A DNA stretch of 64,000 nucleotides from Phoronis australis (GCA_002633005.1 NMRA01000075.1:263863-327862); one strand, 5' to 3'. Numbered from the stretch's first letter, positions 27,901-42,900 are shown. Notes: generated by a model not told the origin, from the letters alone. Program-made: numbers and translations.

Positions 27901-30900
27901 GTATCCTGTGCAAGGACTGTTCCCACAGTGCGACCATGGTAACCGTTGTTGCCGTGGGAGTACACGCTTGATACAGTTTGGTTGTTTTATACACAGTCAC
28001 TGTTAGCCAAACGTTTGACGTAAACCCATGAGGAAATAAAATTATAATATAACTTGTTGATATCATTTCAGTAATTAGTCAAAGTTTTATGGATTTTTCA
28101 CAGTCAAGAAGTTTTTTTTAAATTGAGTTTAAAAAATTTCCCTAACCATGTGTAGAAATAAAGAATGGTACAAACCTGTGTGAAAGTTCAGAATCTCTGT
28201 TTTTTCTGTAGGTAGTGCAGTTTGGGTTTGGTGGCAACTTAAATTGTGTTTTTTCCTTTCAGTATTGGCCCTGTTCAGTATGTGATGAGCAAAAAAGATT
28301 TTAAGACTGGCACAGTGAAAGGTGATATAGAACAGTGTTCTTGTGGTGTAGGATACAGTGGCTTTTCGTGTGAGGTATGGTTTAACTTGGAATACCATTG
28401 TCAAATGTTTAAGAAAATGCTAATGTGTACAAATTTCTGTGATTAAGGCTTTAACCGTTATCAACTTTAGCTTCCTTTTGTGCTTGTCAGTGTATTTTAT
28501 TTGATTTCTGGCTGAAGTTTCTTGTAAATGCCAAATGTTTGTGTGTACGAAAATAAAATTACCATGCCCGAATTATTTACCTAAAAGCCTACCCTAGGCC
28601 AGGTGAGGGGTAGCTGTAAATCAAAGCTCATGAAAGTGTCAAGACAGCAAGTAACAGTAGTACATCTGTGTAATGTTTGAGTAATCAATAAAGACTAGAA
28701 GGTGTTACTGAACTGACAGCTGAATGACTGTTCGTTGCGGGCCTTGTTTCCATTAAAAAAAATTCTGGCCATTTCATTACTTTCTCAAGGTGAATTTTTT
28801 TTAAAGAATTGCAATTATTTTTCAATAGCAATCCGTTTGGAATATTTGGCCGTGTTTTCTTTTTCAAAGCTTCCTTGATGTTGTAAGTACTACTGAACTG
28901 TAAGGCATGATGATTAATATTACTCTCAGAAAGACCACAAAATCACAGTTTCTTAAGGCCACGTTGAATTTTAGAACATGAAATATTTAACTTATCAAAT
29001 TCCATTAATAGTCAAATTTTAATTCTGATTGCTTCATAGTGATATTAATAATTTAATTTTCAGCGTTGCGCTTATGGTTACAAGCGTGCCAATGTGTCCG
29101 GTCATGTGTATCTCGGTGTTTGTGTCCCGTGCGAATGCAATAACCACACTGACTATTGCGATCCTGACACTGGTGTTTGTGTCAACTGTCTGCACAATAC
29201 AGCAGGTTTGTTGCCATGATTATGACAATGTTGTTTACCATGTAGTTCCCATGTTATTGTTTCTTGATGTAGCCAGCAGATGGTGTGCTGAAGTTATGAA
29301 TATGAAATATTTACATTCATTTGATGACTTTCATTCTAATGCTCCGTTATGCTTCAAAATATTTTAGAGATTAAAAGATTGACCAGGAGATTAGTTCAGA
29401 TTAGTGTTTATCGTTATAGGGCTGTCTGGTACCAGATAAACCTAAAAACAACTGTGTGCATGTCTGATGTCGCGTATTTTCTGTTGTCAGATGGCTGAAT
29501 GGATTTCATTGTTAAATATTTTCATTGTTCTCTTGATCAAAATTTTGAATTTTCAAGGCACTCAACCATTACCTTGGCCTCCACGCTCTTTTCTTCTTGC
29601 AGGTGATAACTGTGAACTGTGCGCCAATGGTTACTATGGCGATGCTACAAAAGGCTCCTCTGGTGACTGTACTGCCTGCCCATGTCATCAGCCAAGGGTT
29701 GTTAACAACACATGTAGTCAAGATGAGAATGGGACAGTGTCATGTACGCACTGTAACCATGGTTACACTGGACACCTATGTGACAGGTAGGGGCGGAACT
29801 GCGATGGATTTGTTTGCATCAAAGATGAATGTTTAAACAATTTTCAATAGCTTTCAAGTGTTATTAAGTGAGCTATCCCATAATCCATCTGGCCAATTTG
29901 GCTAACTCTTACTTGTATTTTCCACAATTTCTCTTTTGTCAGTTTTATTTGGCTTAATGATCACCCTTGATCCTTGAGTTTCTCAATCTTTACTGACATC
30001 TTTGGAGTTGTCTAAAGTCATCTCTGAACGCCTCCAGAGGTGTCCTCGGGCGAACACCCGAACTGAATGCATGTGGTAAAAACATTTTCATGATATCATT
30101 TGGTTTTTGCTCTGAATCAAATGAGTTCATAAAATTCTTGGTTAACAGTAAACTGTATTAGCTTTGTTATTAAAGGTTAATGTTCTTATCTTTAATAGTA
30201 AAATTTAATCCATAAAACTTCATATTTTAAAGTCAATGATTATCACAGATTCTTACTGTATGTATGAAAGAAATTTCCAGGTTCTGGTAACGTCATGCAC
30301 AAATATTGATTTTTCACACTGATTTCCGTATTTTCCAGGTCTTTTAAGACCGAAAGCTTGGCTGGTAGAAATCAAGACTTGCATTTTTTCAAGCAATAAT
30401 AACATATTCATTTTGACAGTGGAATTCTTTAGCTTAAAGGTGTTATAAGGAATTCTTTGCAGGCATCTATATTTAATGGAACGAAGACACAAAATTTGTA
30501 ATTATTTTGTGTTAGAAAAATTCATGTTCATGGAATATAGCTATGTGTGAAAAATCACGATCTGTTTAGGAAAGACACTGTCAATTATAATCATTGGGGC
30601 ATTACTTTTTTGTACATGATAAGTTTCTTTGATCATCTGGGATTTCACAGCTTAGGTATTGGTCTGCAATTAACGCTTAGTTGGTAATGAAGGTAGCCAA
30701 CTTCTGTGTAGTGTATATCACGTTTCCTGGCAGTGGAAGATTCTCTTCCCAGACTGGATTTTATTGGATAATTGTATTTGTTCCATGAGTTTAAATGACC
30801 CCCTTAAGACTGCCTTTGTGGAAGCTTACAAAATTCTGTTTGGACAAACGATTTCTATAATTATCCTGTAAACTGTCTTTGTGCAATGTCGTGCTCAAAG

Positions 30901-33900
30901 TGCCTCTGTAATTTTGTCCGTCTTATAGTTGTGAGACTTTCTACTGGGGAAACCCTGAGGTTCAGTTCAATGGTACCTGCCAAACGTGTGTGTGCAATGG
31001 TAATACCGCTGTGTGCAACCAGACCTCAGGAGAGTGTCAGCAGTGTGGATTTAACACTACGGGATTCAACTGTGAGCGATGCATCGACGGCCAGTTTGGT
31101 GATGCATCCAAACAGACCTGTCAGGGTAAAGACTAAATTTAGCTTAACGTTTGTATGTCATTCAGAGTATTTTAGAACCTGATTTTCATTACTATCTCTA
31201 TTTACTGACTATCAGGATAGTAACAGTCGATGTGTGCAATCCAGTTTGCATATCCAAGGCTTGATAGCTCTTGTTGTTCCCCTGAGGGGATCAAAACACA
31301 AACCAGCTCTTAAGAAAAAAATGGGTGTCAATAGATGGCAGCACATGCCTTACTCAAACCAAGGGGGATAGCATGAGTCTTGTCATGGGTATTTAAAATT
31401 TTTGAGATAAAGAGAAGATGAAAAATGCTTTAAAAACAAAACTTTAAATCTCATTAATTTGACCAATTTTGTAGAACAACTAAATGAACTTAAGAAATCG
31501 TGTGGTAGGAATTTCATTGATTTTAATTTGCCTGTTGCTTTGTGGTGTTTTAAGGTCTGGAGTTCTTGAAGCTCAGAGTGGTTGGTGACTAAGAGTCCAT
31601 TCCTTGTCTGTTGTAGAATGCCTCTGTGATGTGCTGGGTACAGTTGACCAGTCGGCCGTGTGTAACCACACCAATGGCCAGTGTCCATGTCTACCTGGAG
31701 TCAACAATAGGACATGCTCAGGTTGCCAAGACAACTACTATGGCTATAGTAACAAATCAATTTATGGTATGTTATAACGGCCCTTTATCATACAAACAGT
31801 ATATTATATGCTTCACACTTCATAGTATGTTATTTATAATCTTATCGAAATAATATTTATAATAGGGTAATCCCTGTCCTGTTGCTATTTCTAGAAATTC
31901 CAATTTTTAAAAATGTGCTTTTATGTGAATGTTCATGTTTTATGGGTACTACCATTGAGTGCAAGCTTTATCTTTTATCTTACTGCAAATTTATCCACGA
32001 TTTAAAAGTGACGGAGAAGACAGTGTGGCTTAAAGTTTTGAGCTCCGTACTTTCATTTGGGTGACCCGGGTTTGAATCCTGGCTTCATTGCCTGACAATC
32101 GAGTATTGCACGAAGGCGTCTCCTACTCCTCTGAGCTCGGTCTTACTAGAGAATGTAATATGCAAGGGGTGAATGGGAACCTGAATATAATGCGAAAGTG
32201 ATTTCCGGGGTTGTGCTCATATTTTTTTGTATTTATAAGTGATGACCAGTCAGTGGGCGATAAGCAGCCATGTGACACAACAATGACCATCAAAGGTGGT
32301 TGGAAGTTAATATCTACCAGTGACTAATTCTACTCCACAGGCTGTCAGGATTGTAAATGCAATGCAGAGGGCAGTGTCAGCCTGCAGTGTTATGAGAACG
32401 GGACGTGTCCCTGCAAGCCTGCTTCTGGGGGCGACAAATGTGACCTCTGCGCTCCGGGCCTTTTTGGACTGCCGTTCCAACCTTGTCAGAGTACGTTGAA
32501 TGGTTTATTCTAAATATTACTTCACTGTACACAATGTAATTTTGGTTTGTACAGCTTACCTGACTTCCACTATGTAGTGGAACACACTGTTTAGTGGCTC
32601 TGAGATCCGGATATGTTGATGCTTGTCAGATTTGTTACACACAGCCACATGGGAGATCGGGTAACAGTTAAAAGCGACATTAAAGCTACGCTTTCTGTAA
32701 GAAGCATTGAGTTTTGAATTGGGCCAGGCGTGACCTGAATTTTTTCTGAGCACAGAAATAACTGCCAAGTAAGAAACACGGTAAGACCAGCTTTTTTGAC
32801 AGAAAACATGGGTTTAATGCCTCTTTAAACACTGTGGGAATATGCTAAGTTGTTACTAATGGTTTTGTTTATTTACTGTAATTAGCAGTTTGGCACTGAA
32901 TTCTTGTGTGATTAAGGCGTTGTTTGTTAAATGCCCTAAAACCGCTTTGAGGTGGTGAAGTTCTATTTATTTCTAAAATCTATTGGAATTACACCAACCT
33001 CTAGTATATGCAAACCTTGAACTGGATCTTCTCAGACTGTTGTTCATGACACGTGATGTGGCCAACAGGTGGCGTGCAAACCAGACTTAAAAATGTTTGT
33101 GAATTATCCTCTAGCCTATTTACATTAGCGCTGCATTTCAGTTGGTCATTTTTCCTGTCATCTTTGATATCTCAGAGGTGTAGTGAAAGTTTTAGACTGA
33201 CATTCGAAAGGTCTCCTGTTCAAATCTTGTTGTTTGTAAAGAAGTCGGAAACACCACTCGTTCTCATATCCGTACTCATTCCTTTGAGAATGTAACACCA
33301 ACCAAAATTTTGGGCTGATGTAAATAGACAAGAGGTCTGTAAACAGACCCATAGATTTTAGGAAAAAACAATCAAATCACCCAATCCATTCAAAAACCTT
33401 TAATAGGTCCATTCAGGATGTTTTTAGATTGTGCCATGTGTTGAATTTACTGATTAGATATTGTGCAATCTCCATATTAATTAAGTGTGTAATTAACAGT
33501 CAAAACTGAGGTATTATCAAGCCACCCTGGCTGTAGGCAAAGGTTGCCATTACATTTCAGGCTGTAGGCAATGGTTGTCATTACATTTTAGGCTGTAGAC
33601 AATGGTTGTCATTTCATTTCAGACTGTAGCTGTGATAGGACGGGTACAGTTGACCCCGCAGCGCCTTGTGAGGTCATCACTGGTCAATGCAGATGTAAGA
33701 CAGGAGTCACTGGACGGAGATGTGACCAATGCATGTTTATGTACTATAACTTTTCAAGCACTGGTTGTCAAAGTAAGGTTCTTAGCATTACTTGCAATGG
33801 TTAGACTCTAATAGAGTGGCTCTGTTGTACTTGCTGTGCAGGAAAAGCAGAGGTGCATTCCGTAGACCCAATAATCTTGTGCTAAACAGGACCATGCAAA

Positions 33901-36900
33901 ATCATGCCAACGAAAAGACGAGTACGCTCAAAGGTACTTAACAGCCTAGAAATGGCAGCCACTGAGAAGTGATTGGTCAGCGAGGTTGGAATTCTTATAT
34001 TATGGGATACAATTCAATGTTTCCATTCCATAAGTGGAGATTTCTCACCACACGAGCTGCTGCGTGAGCATCTTGGGTGTACGGATCGCAGCCCAGTTTT
34101 TATGCATTCTTGCTCTAAAAAATGAGAAAATCTTGTCAGGCTTTAAAATGATCATTTTTTGTGGAACGTAATTTGATACTTAAAAAACTGTGACATAGCT
34201 AATAATTACCTAGTGCAGCATTGTGGTAAATGGTGCATTCTTTCTGACGATATGTTACATTTCAAGTTGAGGCTCTTGAGTTCCTGTCACAGTGGTAACG
34301 TGTCATTCATTGTAATTATTGTTAACATTAGAATGTGGTGACTGCCAGCAAGCCTTGGGCTCGGACTCACTGAAGTTGGCTGCTGTGTGGACTACGATGT
34401 ACAACACGACCAAACATATCAACGCATTGAGAGAGGTGGACAGTGACCTGGAAGTGCTGCGGCAACAGCTCAACACTACTTTGTCCAGTCTTGGTATATC
34501 ATCTGAACGTCTCACTGATCTGTCCAGTCTCATGCAGAACCTGACCCAACAAGAACTCTTCATGAACACGACGGTCAGCAACTTTCAAGCCAAGGTGTGT
34601 GTGTGCGTGTGTAGGTTTGCAGTACGCACCAACAAAATGACCTTAAATTCACTGTCGTGATGGCTATGTGCAAATAGAAGTCCCCGCCATGAGGCTGAGT
34701 CCATGCTGTATTTGTCATCATCACAGAGAATGACTGTCATGGCATTTAAACAACATTTTTTCTCATTATTTTTGTCATGTGCTGTATGTATTGTCAGCTC
34801 AGTACTTTATGGGCATTGTTGCATGCATTGGCTACTTCTTGGGTCCATTTGCCAGCGGTATATATCTCAGTCGTGGTTGTAGGATAAAACTATGTTTAGA
34901 ATGAGTATAGAATGTTTATATTAGCTGAGAAATTTGCACTAGTTTCTATCTTGTTGTTGTGTGCTGAATGTATTTTGGTTCTGGTAAGTATTCAAGAAAA
35001 TGGGAAGCGATTCATTCTTCACATTATTTTCACATTTCTGAAAATATGCCCATGGGCGTACGTATGGTGAGCCTAATTTTGGAAAGTCCTGAGACATTCA
35101 TGATTTCATTTTCATGTCACTAACACAAGAAATGCGAATAGCAATTTAGCATTTACTGAATGGTACCACCACCGACACTGTAGTGGGAGTTGTACTGTGA
35201 ATTTCTTGCTCTTAGGTTGAATCAGCCTTGAATCGTGCCCAGACTCTGGAAACCACTGCCTCTGTCCAGCGCAGGCGGATTACTGAAATTCAAGGGAATG
35301 CATCTCAAGTCCACGCCGAGATTTTGTCATCTGAAAGGCTGGCATCAGAGATGCTGACTTCATACAAGGAATACACCATCAAAGGGACAGAGAATAAGAA
35401 CTTGGCTAATGCTATCAATGCAGGGCTGACTGTGTCATTCAAGTCACAGCTGCAGCAAGTTAATGCTCATCTCAGTGCTGCGTCTGCTACGCTGGCTACT
35501 GTTAGTAACTTCTCGGCGATTATTCAGAATGAGGTAACGTCTTTGATTGAAGTGGCAGACTGAGTGTTTTCACTAAGCTTTCTTAACATGGAAGGCCACC
35601 ACGCCCAAATTTGACCAAAACGCTCAAATTCTGAGCCCTCTTTCTCAATTTTTGATTCGATGGTCATATCAATTGTAACTACGTTTATTAAACTATCATA
35701 ACGGCAAGTCCCGAATATAAATTTATTTTCTCTGATACCCACTGTACTCTGAATATTACCATCTTAAACAAAATCATTACTTGGTCTATTCCCTGCAAAA
35801 TTTAGTACAGAACATTATAATCTCCGCTTTACCACTTGGCTAAAAATTGTGATTGGCATCGTTCCATCATGTCCGTTGTTCTCAAGCTAATCTTGGTGAG
35901 AACACTCTGCGGGTAATCTCACCCTTTATACGCCTTCTGTCATTGACAGCTGCTCAGTATTTCTCAATATTTTTTATCGCACAATCACGACAGTTTTGTC
36001 TTGAGAATGTAAAACTTTCGGATAACATGTTTCAAAGGTCATTGAGTGCATGTGTTAAACTTCAGTTGTACTGCATTGGGTGTAAATGCCTACTACTTAT
36101 TGTGTGGTGGCACTGACCTGTTTATGGTGACTGAGTACAGTAACTGTTACATTGTAAAAGATGTGCGAGTATCTGAGTCATTGTTATGTGTCATGTTTTG
36201 CTTTGAATTGTTCTCATGGTGTTTCAGGCAATAGTCAGATATAACATGCCTCCGTTTTGAGAACCGGTTGATGCCCCGTATTCAGTGGAGAATACTGGTT
36301 CTCAAAATGTGGGCACGTTATATCAGACTATTACCGTGTTTCATCAGGGCTTGGAATTTTCCGCGGAAACGCGGATTTCCGCTTTTTTCAAATGTGCTTT
36401 CCGCTTTTTTTATAATATTTCCGCGTAAAAAAATCGGATTTGATATAAAATTTCCGCGGCAAATTCCTTTCTTACCGCGGCGTTGCAGACGACGTTCACC
36501 TCGAAAAGCGGAAGTTGCTCTTTATGTTCGGAGGAACGTAAATTGTCAACATTGCCGGGGCATCTGGGATAGCGTGGTGTGATTTTCAATGGCGTCTCGT
36601 ATTAAGCGCGGCGATAAATACTACCGCTCTGCAGCCAAAAATGTGTGGGTTGGGAGTAGACGGGCGAGCTAAAAGGACGCAGACGCATGCTACTGATGGT
36701 GGTAACGTTTTTTTTTATTTTTTTTTTTTATTTTTTTTTTAGTCCTCCCGATTTTTGTTGGGGAAAGGTTCACATTGACAAGCTCTAGGCTGGTTATCGG
36801 GCGATGATTTGGGCCGTAAAAGTTTCCGCGTTTTTTGTCATTCGTCATTCCAAGCCCTGTTTCATGCAACAGACCTGCTGTGTATGCGCCATAAAGCTAT

Positions 36901-39900
36901 TGGACTTCCTGCACTTTTACATAATCATCCAACCATTTACTCACTCAATATGCTGATATATGAACACCCACAAGTATCTATTTCAGAGTTGTGTGTTTAG
37001 CCTTAATGTTAACACAGGTCACAATCTGAATCTTAAGTTATATGTCTTCTGTGATGCTATGTTTTGAGTAACCATGACAACCCTCCAAGCAAGAGCTTCA
37101 TGTTTACAGGAGAGCTTGGCAAGTGCTGCCAGTAGGCGTGCTGACCAACTGATGACCAGTTTGCAAGATCTTCAGTCGCGCCACAAGGCCGTCATGAATC
37201 TGTCACGTCAAGTGTCTAACCTGGCTCAAGGAGTGTCTCAAGTGTACAACCAAACTATGGTAGGTTGTTTTGTGAACCGAGCTACATTCTATAGATGCAA
37301 GGCACTGGAGTGAGTCTCCGTGAGACATCGCAGTGTGTTGTAAGCGAAGCACTAGATTACATGTCTGGCCTCAATTGTGACTGTCTTGCTTCTGCTGTAT
37401 GTAATGGCATTTACACAGTCATTTACAGTGCCAGAATTTCCTGTCTGAAATAACAAGCTTTTGATATAAATAGACTGATATAGTCTTTTCAAACGGTTTC
37501 TAATTATTTGTTTTGAATACTTAGATATCTGATGTTTCCGATCAAGGTGGCCCTGGAAATATTGATTTACTTAATATATAAGAATTTAAGTAAAGATTGT
37601 TGGATTGTGGTGCCCAAGAATGGAGGATGTCACTGCAATCATTTGACCTTCAGTCTAAATTAAAGCATTGCTGATTATTCTCATTTTATGTTCAACCTTT
37701 TACAGCAAAACAAGCAGTATGCCGAATCGCTGTTTGCCCAAGCTGTGGTAGAACTGAACATCACTGACTTCACTCTGCGAACTGCACAGAAAGATTACAG
37801 TGACGCGGTGGCACTGTTGGGTGACATCCTAGTGAACTACATGGGAAGAGATACTTCAGGTAATACTCATCTCCTGTCTACGTGTATTCACCAAGTCTTT
37901 GTGTCATGCTGACCAATGAATGTTTTCGTACAAACAGAAATTGAAATGACTGAACTTGAATTGGAAGCTGTGTCGATAAACATTTTCTTGGTCTATCTCG
38001 ATTCTTAATAATGAAGAATGATTCTTACTTTAGTTAAACAAATTACCAGAGCCCACTTGTTTTTCTGTTACAGAGCATTACTTGAGCAGCAGACCATCTA
38101 GTATGTTTATAAGACTCCCTCTGTGGACTGGCATTTAATCCTTGTTTACCTGAATTGCCTGTTATAAACACCTTTGTTACCATTTATTCTGATTACAACA
38201 CATGAAAATATTTTTTAAGTCACTGATGACTACGATACGTATTCAAATTCAAAACAATTAGGCCACATTTACATAACGCTGTAAATTGTTGTAAGAACTT
38301 CGGAAATTATTACCTGAGTGTGTATGTGTCTGGTTAATCTTAACCATCGTCAACTCAGTGGGAGCATGTAGTGGTTGCTATTATTGTCAGAGCACACCAA
38401 GTAATTCAAGCACATTAAATTTGTAAATATTTATAATATTTGAATCTGAAAAAAATCAATACTTGCAATATTTCAAGCGATACATCATCACTAAACATCC
38501 ACTATAATATGTGCACAGAAATAATGCCTGGCTTCTTGTTGTTAGTCACGTGGTTTCTTTTTAAAACAGTGGTGATAGTTTTGTTGTAGAATTTGAGTAC
38601 TTTCAGGAATTAGTGTCACTCAAAAAGTTTCAATTCTGTATTCTATTAGTTACAAAGTTAGTAAAGTACAGACTGAAACAATAGTTGTAGTCTTCATGGA
38701 TTCAAAAAATTTTGATTTCATGGCTTGTCAATTTAATGTTTTTTTAATAATTTTAACCCTTAGTAATGAATTAGGTGTTGCCTCTCAGTGTTCGAGATCG
38801 TTACCTTGTTTGTCAGTCCAATTTCTCTGTTTAGGGTGAGCTACCTGACTTGAGTTGCTGTTTATTAAGTAAAACGTTTTCCTTTTTATTGTAGGTTATA
38901 AAATTTACACCACAAAAGGATTGCCCTGCGTGTTCCCGTTTTTCTATAAAGGAGTCCAGTATACCAACTGTACTAACGTTGACAACCCAGCAGGTTACTG
39001 GTGCCAGATAACACCCCCAGGAGAAGCCTTTGATTGGGGAAATTGCATTTTTGTGCCAATTCCACCCTGTAAGTTTTGGGGATATGGGGGGAAGTTATGC
39101 AAAAACTGATAAAGAATATGAATTAATGTTACATTTTAGAGTTGAATTAGAAACCTCTGTGTTAGAAGTGTTTAATATTGAGGTTTGAAAATTGATTGCG
39201 CCCTAATTTTCATTTTGAAAAAACCCATAACCTGAGGAGTTGTTAAATTGTTGTGTGGCAAATGACTGCTCCCTGTTGTGATTGTTCGTGGGACAGAAGA
39301 GTAGTAACCAGTCATTCTACATAAAATTGCAGTTTGAATAAATGGTTGAATGTTGTTGGGTTCGTATCAGTCACTAAATGTTAGTCATTTTATTAAGAAC
39401 ACTGACTTTACTTGAATGCCATTTCTGTCTTGTGTTCCAGCGGTCACTGGTTGGCAAGTGGAATCTAATGAGACTTTGTCTACACTCAGTGCCAGCCAGT
39501 CAGCACTCAGCGAAGTATCTTTTAAAGTCAACGGGGCTTTATTCCATGCTTCGTCACTCAGTTCGTTATCGCAAAACATAGAAAGGTTGCCAACTTTTTA
39601 ACAAATTGTCATTTGAAATATCATGGGATGCTTTATACTGTTGTACAGGGTGAACTTAAGAATCAAACCCATAACATCTGTAATCAATCATGCGTATTTC
39701 AAATCCATTTATTTTTTAAATTTTGATATGTTAGATGTTTCGGCAAAGTTTTAACATGAATACATATCAGTCTGCACTGAATTGTTCACTTTCTCCATAA
39801 GATTTCAGAAATGTAATACAAAATTTTTTGGGTTCATATTTTGGGTCATCCTGTACTAAACACTTGCGTGGTATATCACCATAGATTATAGACATCAGAT

Positions 39901-42900
39901 TCGCAACTCCGACATTTTCTTGTGAAATATCCTACAGGTTGCGCCACCCTCTTAAATGACAAATTTCAGTTTCCGGTTAATGTATTCTTGCTTTTATTTT
40001 ACTGTCTAGTACAACATTGAAACTTTGTTCAAAGTCTGCTAATAGTAGAACTGTTGGTATCGTGAGTACTTTTGGCAATGTTACTAGACATGTAATTGCA
40101 AAGTTCAAACTTCTGTGGTGTGGAAACTTAGTCCTTTACATTTCGCCTGTGTGGCTGAACACCTGACCACAGTACAGCCGACCATGATAAGCAGATGACA
40201 AATTTGCCGAAAGTAAAACTTGCTAATTTTGCCAGGTGTCACTAGTGAATAATAACATCACGGCTTATGCGTAAGAGCACAGATTTCGTCCATTGAAAAT
40301 ATACGGAGTTGGCGGTCCATGTGCTGTAGTCTATGATAGCACGTATCAGTCTTACAGTCGGCCTAAGTGTGATGCGGAACAGTTGTGGAAAAATTTTGCC
40401 ATCATACGCTGGTCCTGTAACTGTCTTACATTGATGACATGACTTCAAGTGAATTGATATTATATGAGTCATACATTTGTGATATGAGTACCATGTACGG
40501 CAGTGGTACATTCATGACATGACTACAATATAAGGCAGTCATATATTCAGGTTATGTCGATGTGCAGTCAGTTAAGGACTAGAACGTGATGAAATTGCAT
40601 TGGAAAAGCAAATTCGACTTTATTGAAAGTTCCTGTTTTAACACCAGTTTTAAATAATTGATACCTGCTCAAAAATTTGCATTATTTGAATAAATGTGTA
40701 TCTTGTCTAGCTTTTGAAGTTAAATGCTAAAACATAGTAATCTTGTCTCTTTATAGTGAATTTCGTAAAGTTCAGGGTCTTGGTCAAGATGCAGTCAATG
40801 CTATCGAAGGCTTCAAACAAGTCATTAAAAGCCTTGGCGAGTCAGTGGTTCAGGCAAAGAAAGCGAACGACACCGTTGCCCAGGCGATGGCTTCTATAAA
40901 GCAAATCACTGTGGCAGAGCTGGAAAATAGCGCTAGTACTTCCAAAGCTTTCTCTGACAGTTCATTGTTCCGTGCCCGAGCTAAAAATGGCACTGCAAAA
41001 AGTAAGCACTCAGAAACCGTAATTTCATTTGCACATCTATCTAGCAAGTGTTTTTGCAGTCATTTTCATTGTTCATTGAATATCTGCATTAAGAATAATT
41101 AACATTTTGTTGTCATGTTCAAGAGGACTGACATAACTGATAAAGCCATTGTAAGTGTTAGTTGGAGACTTGATTTTTGTACCTGCAAGTACTTAGATGT
41201 CTCGTATAATATTAAAAATACGCGGCCATGCCTTTTGGCATTGCTTTTAGTTCACCCCTTGGTTGTGCACAATTAGTGTTTAATACTCATGTTTGAAGCT
41301 TCATTGCAACATTTTCATTATCTTTTGTCTCTTTCATTTTAGCCTTGTTAGACCAGCTGAACAGTGCTAATAGCAGTCTTCAGACGAGTATTGAGACATG
41401 GGATAAATTGAACGCTGACTGGACACAAACAGAGACTAGAGTGAACAGTCTCAGTGACATAACCAAAGGTAATTTTTTAAAATTTTCATAAACAAGCGCA
41501 GCAGCAAATGCAGAAATAAACAATCACACAAAAATATTATTAAGTCAGATATTGCCTTGACACACCATTCAACCATGCTGTTTACTCATTTAATACATGT
41601 GCTAGTGTATGGGACAGTCAGTTTAAAAGTTCACTTACTGAGTCATGAATCAGAACCATTTGGTCCTAGTTTTCTGAAATCGACATTTTTAACAGTAAAT
41701 GAGCTTATCTGTTCTGTAAGCCATTTTTTATGAGCTTTTGATTGCAGGTATATGTCTTTGCGTAGATTCTGTAGTTTGCTGTTGAATGTTTCTTGCAAAA
41801 CCCAAAAGGTATTATTACTATTAATTACAATATTTATGGAAATATTTAACCCTCATTATAAAAACCTTTGGTGAAACCAAACATAAAGTTCCATGATTAA
41901 AATTCATCACCTTGGTGGTAATTGAATATTATTCTTTGTTGTTGAAATATAACCAAGTGATCATATGTAGTAATGAAATATTGTTATTGTTAAAAATAGA
42001 ATGAAATGTCCAACAAATGCTCCCCAAGCTCTACCAGGGAAATCATTTAACATAAGTTTGAAAACAAGCATGAGGCGTTAATACTAAAATTAGAAGAACA
42101 CTAATTTGCATTGCACTGGTTTGTATTAATACTAAAATACTACTTCAGTATGTTACAACCCAGCACCGAGACGTACATTATAGAACATGTACTAAAAACA
42201 CAAGATTTACTGGCATGGGGAAGGCTTTTGTTGCTCTTACCGTGCCCTCATTTCTGATGAAATGCTTATTTTGCCCAGTTGACACTTGGTCTTATCCGTA
42301 GGTTAATGAATGTTTCCTCTCCTTTCAGACGGCTCAATGCCTGCCATGTTATTCAACGGGCAGCAGAATGTGAATGCAGCCAACAGCAAGTCACTGGAAG
42401 TAGACAAGGAGAACAAACAGCTGCAGTCAAATGTGACTGGTCATAGTCAAGTCATGGCCGTGGTACAGCAACTTAGGGGGAATGTGTCCCAACTTCAGAC
42501 GCAGCTCTCTGGCTCCTGTGAGTTTACCTTTGAAAGACCAGTAATTTAGTCTTTCACATTGATAATGAATTAATATTGAAAGAAATTATTAAACATGCTA
42601 TCCCAGGTATGTCTTTTTATCTAACATGTATGCTAGTTGATCAAAATCAGGGGATATCTAAAAATTGTTTCAATAAGGTATCCATCAACCATTAGAATTA
42701 TCAGATATGTGGCATCATGTTAATATGTTAATCCAGTTAAAATACAAAAGAAAAAAGTAACTTTTTTGAATTATGATAGTTATCAACTCTTATTTGCTTG
42801 GTTTAAATACTAAGCTTTATAATTTTTTCCAGAAAGAAGAATGACTAACCAATAGCTGAATTATGGCACCATGTTTTTAATATTCAGTTCATAAAGTTTT

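Noticed and set aside
31617-33772. Three consecutive 150-nt phase-1 exons as a recent exon triplication
   Set aside because: The sequences are highly diverged and the boundaries fall at different points of the LE module; about 50 aa is simply the LE size.
36268-36582. 104-aa ORF resembling ORF 5402-5662
   Set aside because: Both are chance translations of the same MITE and show no transposase motifs.
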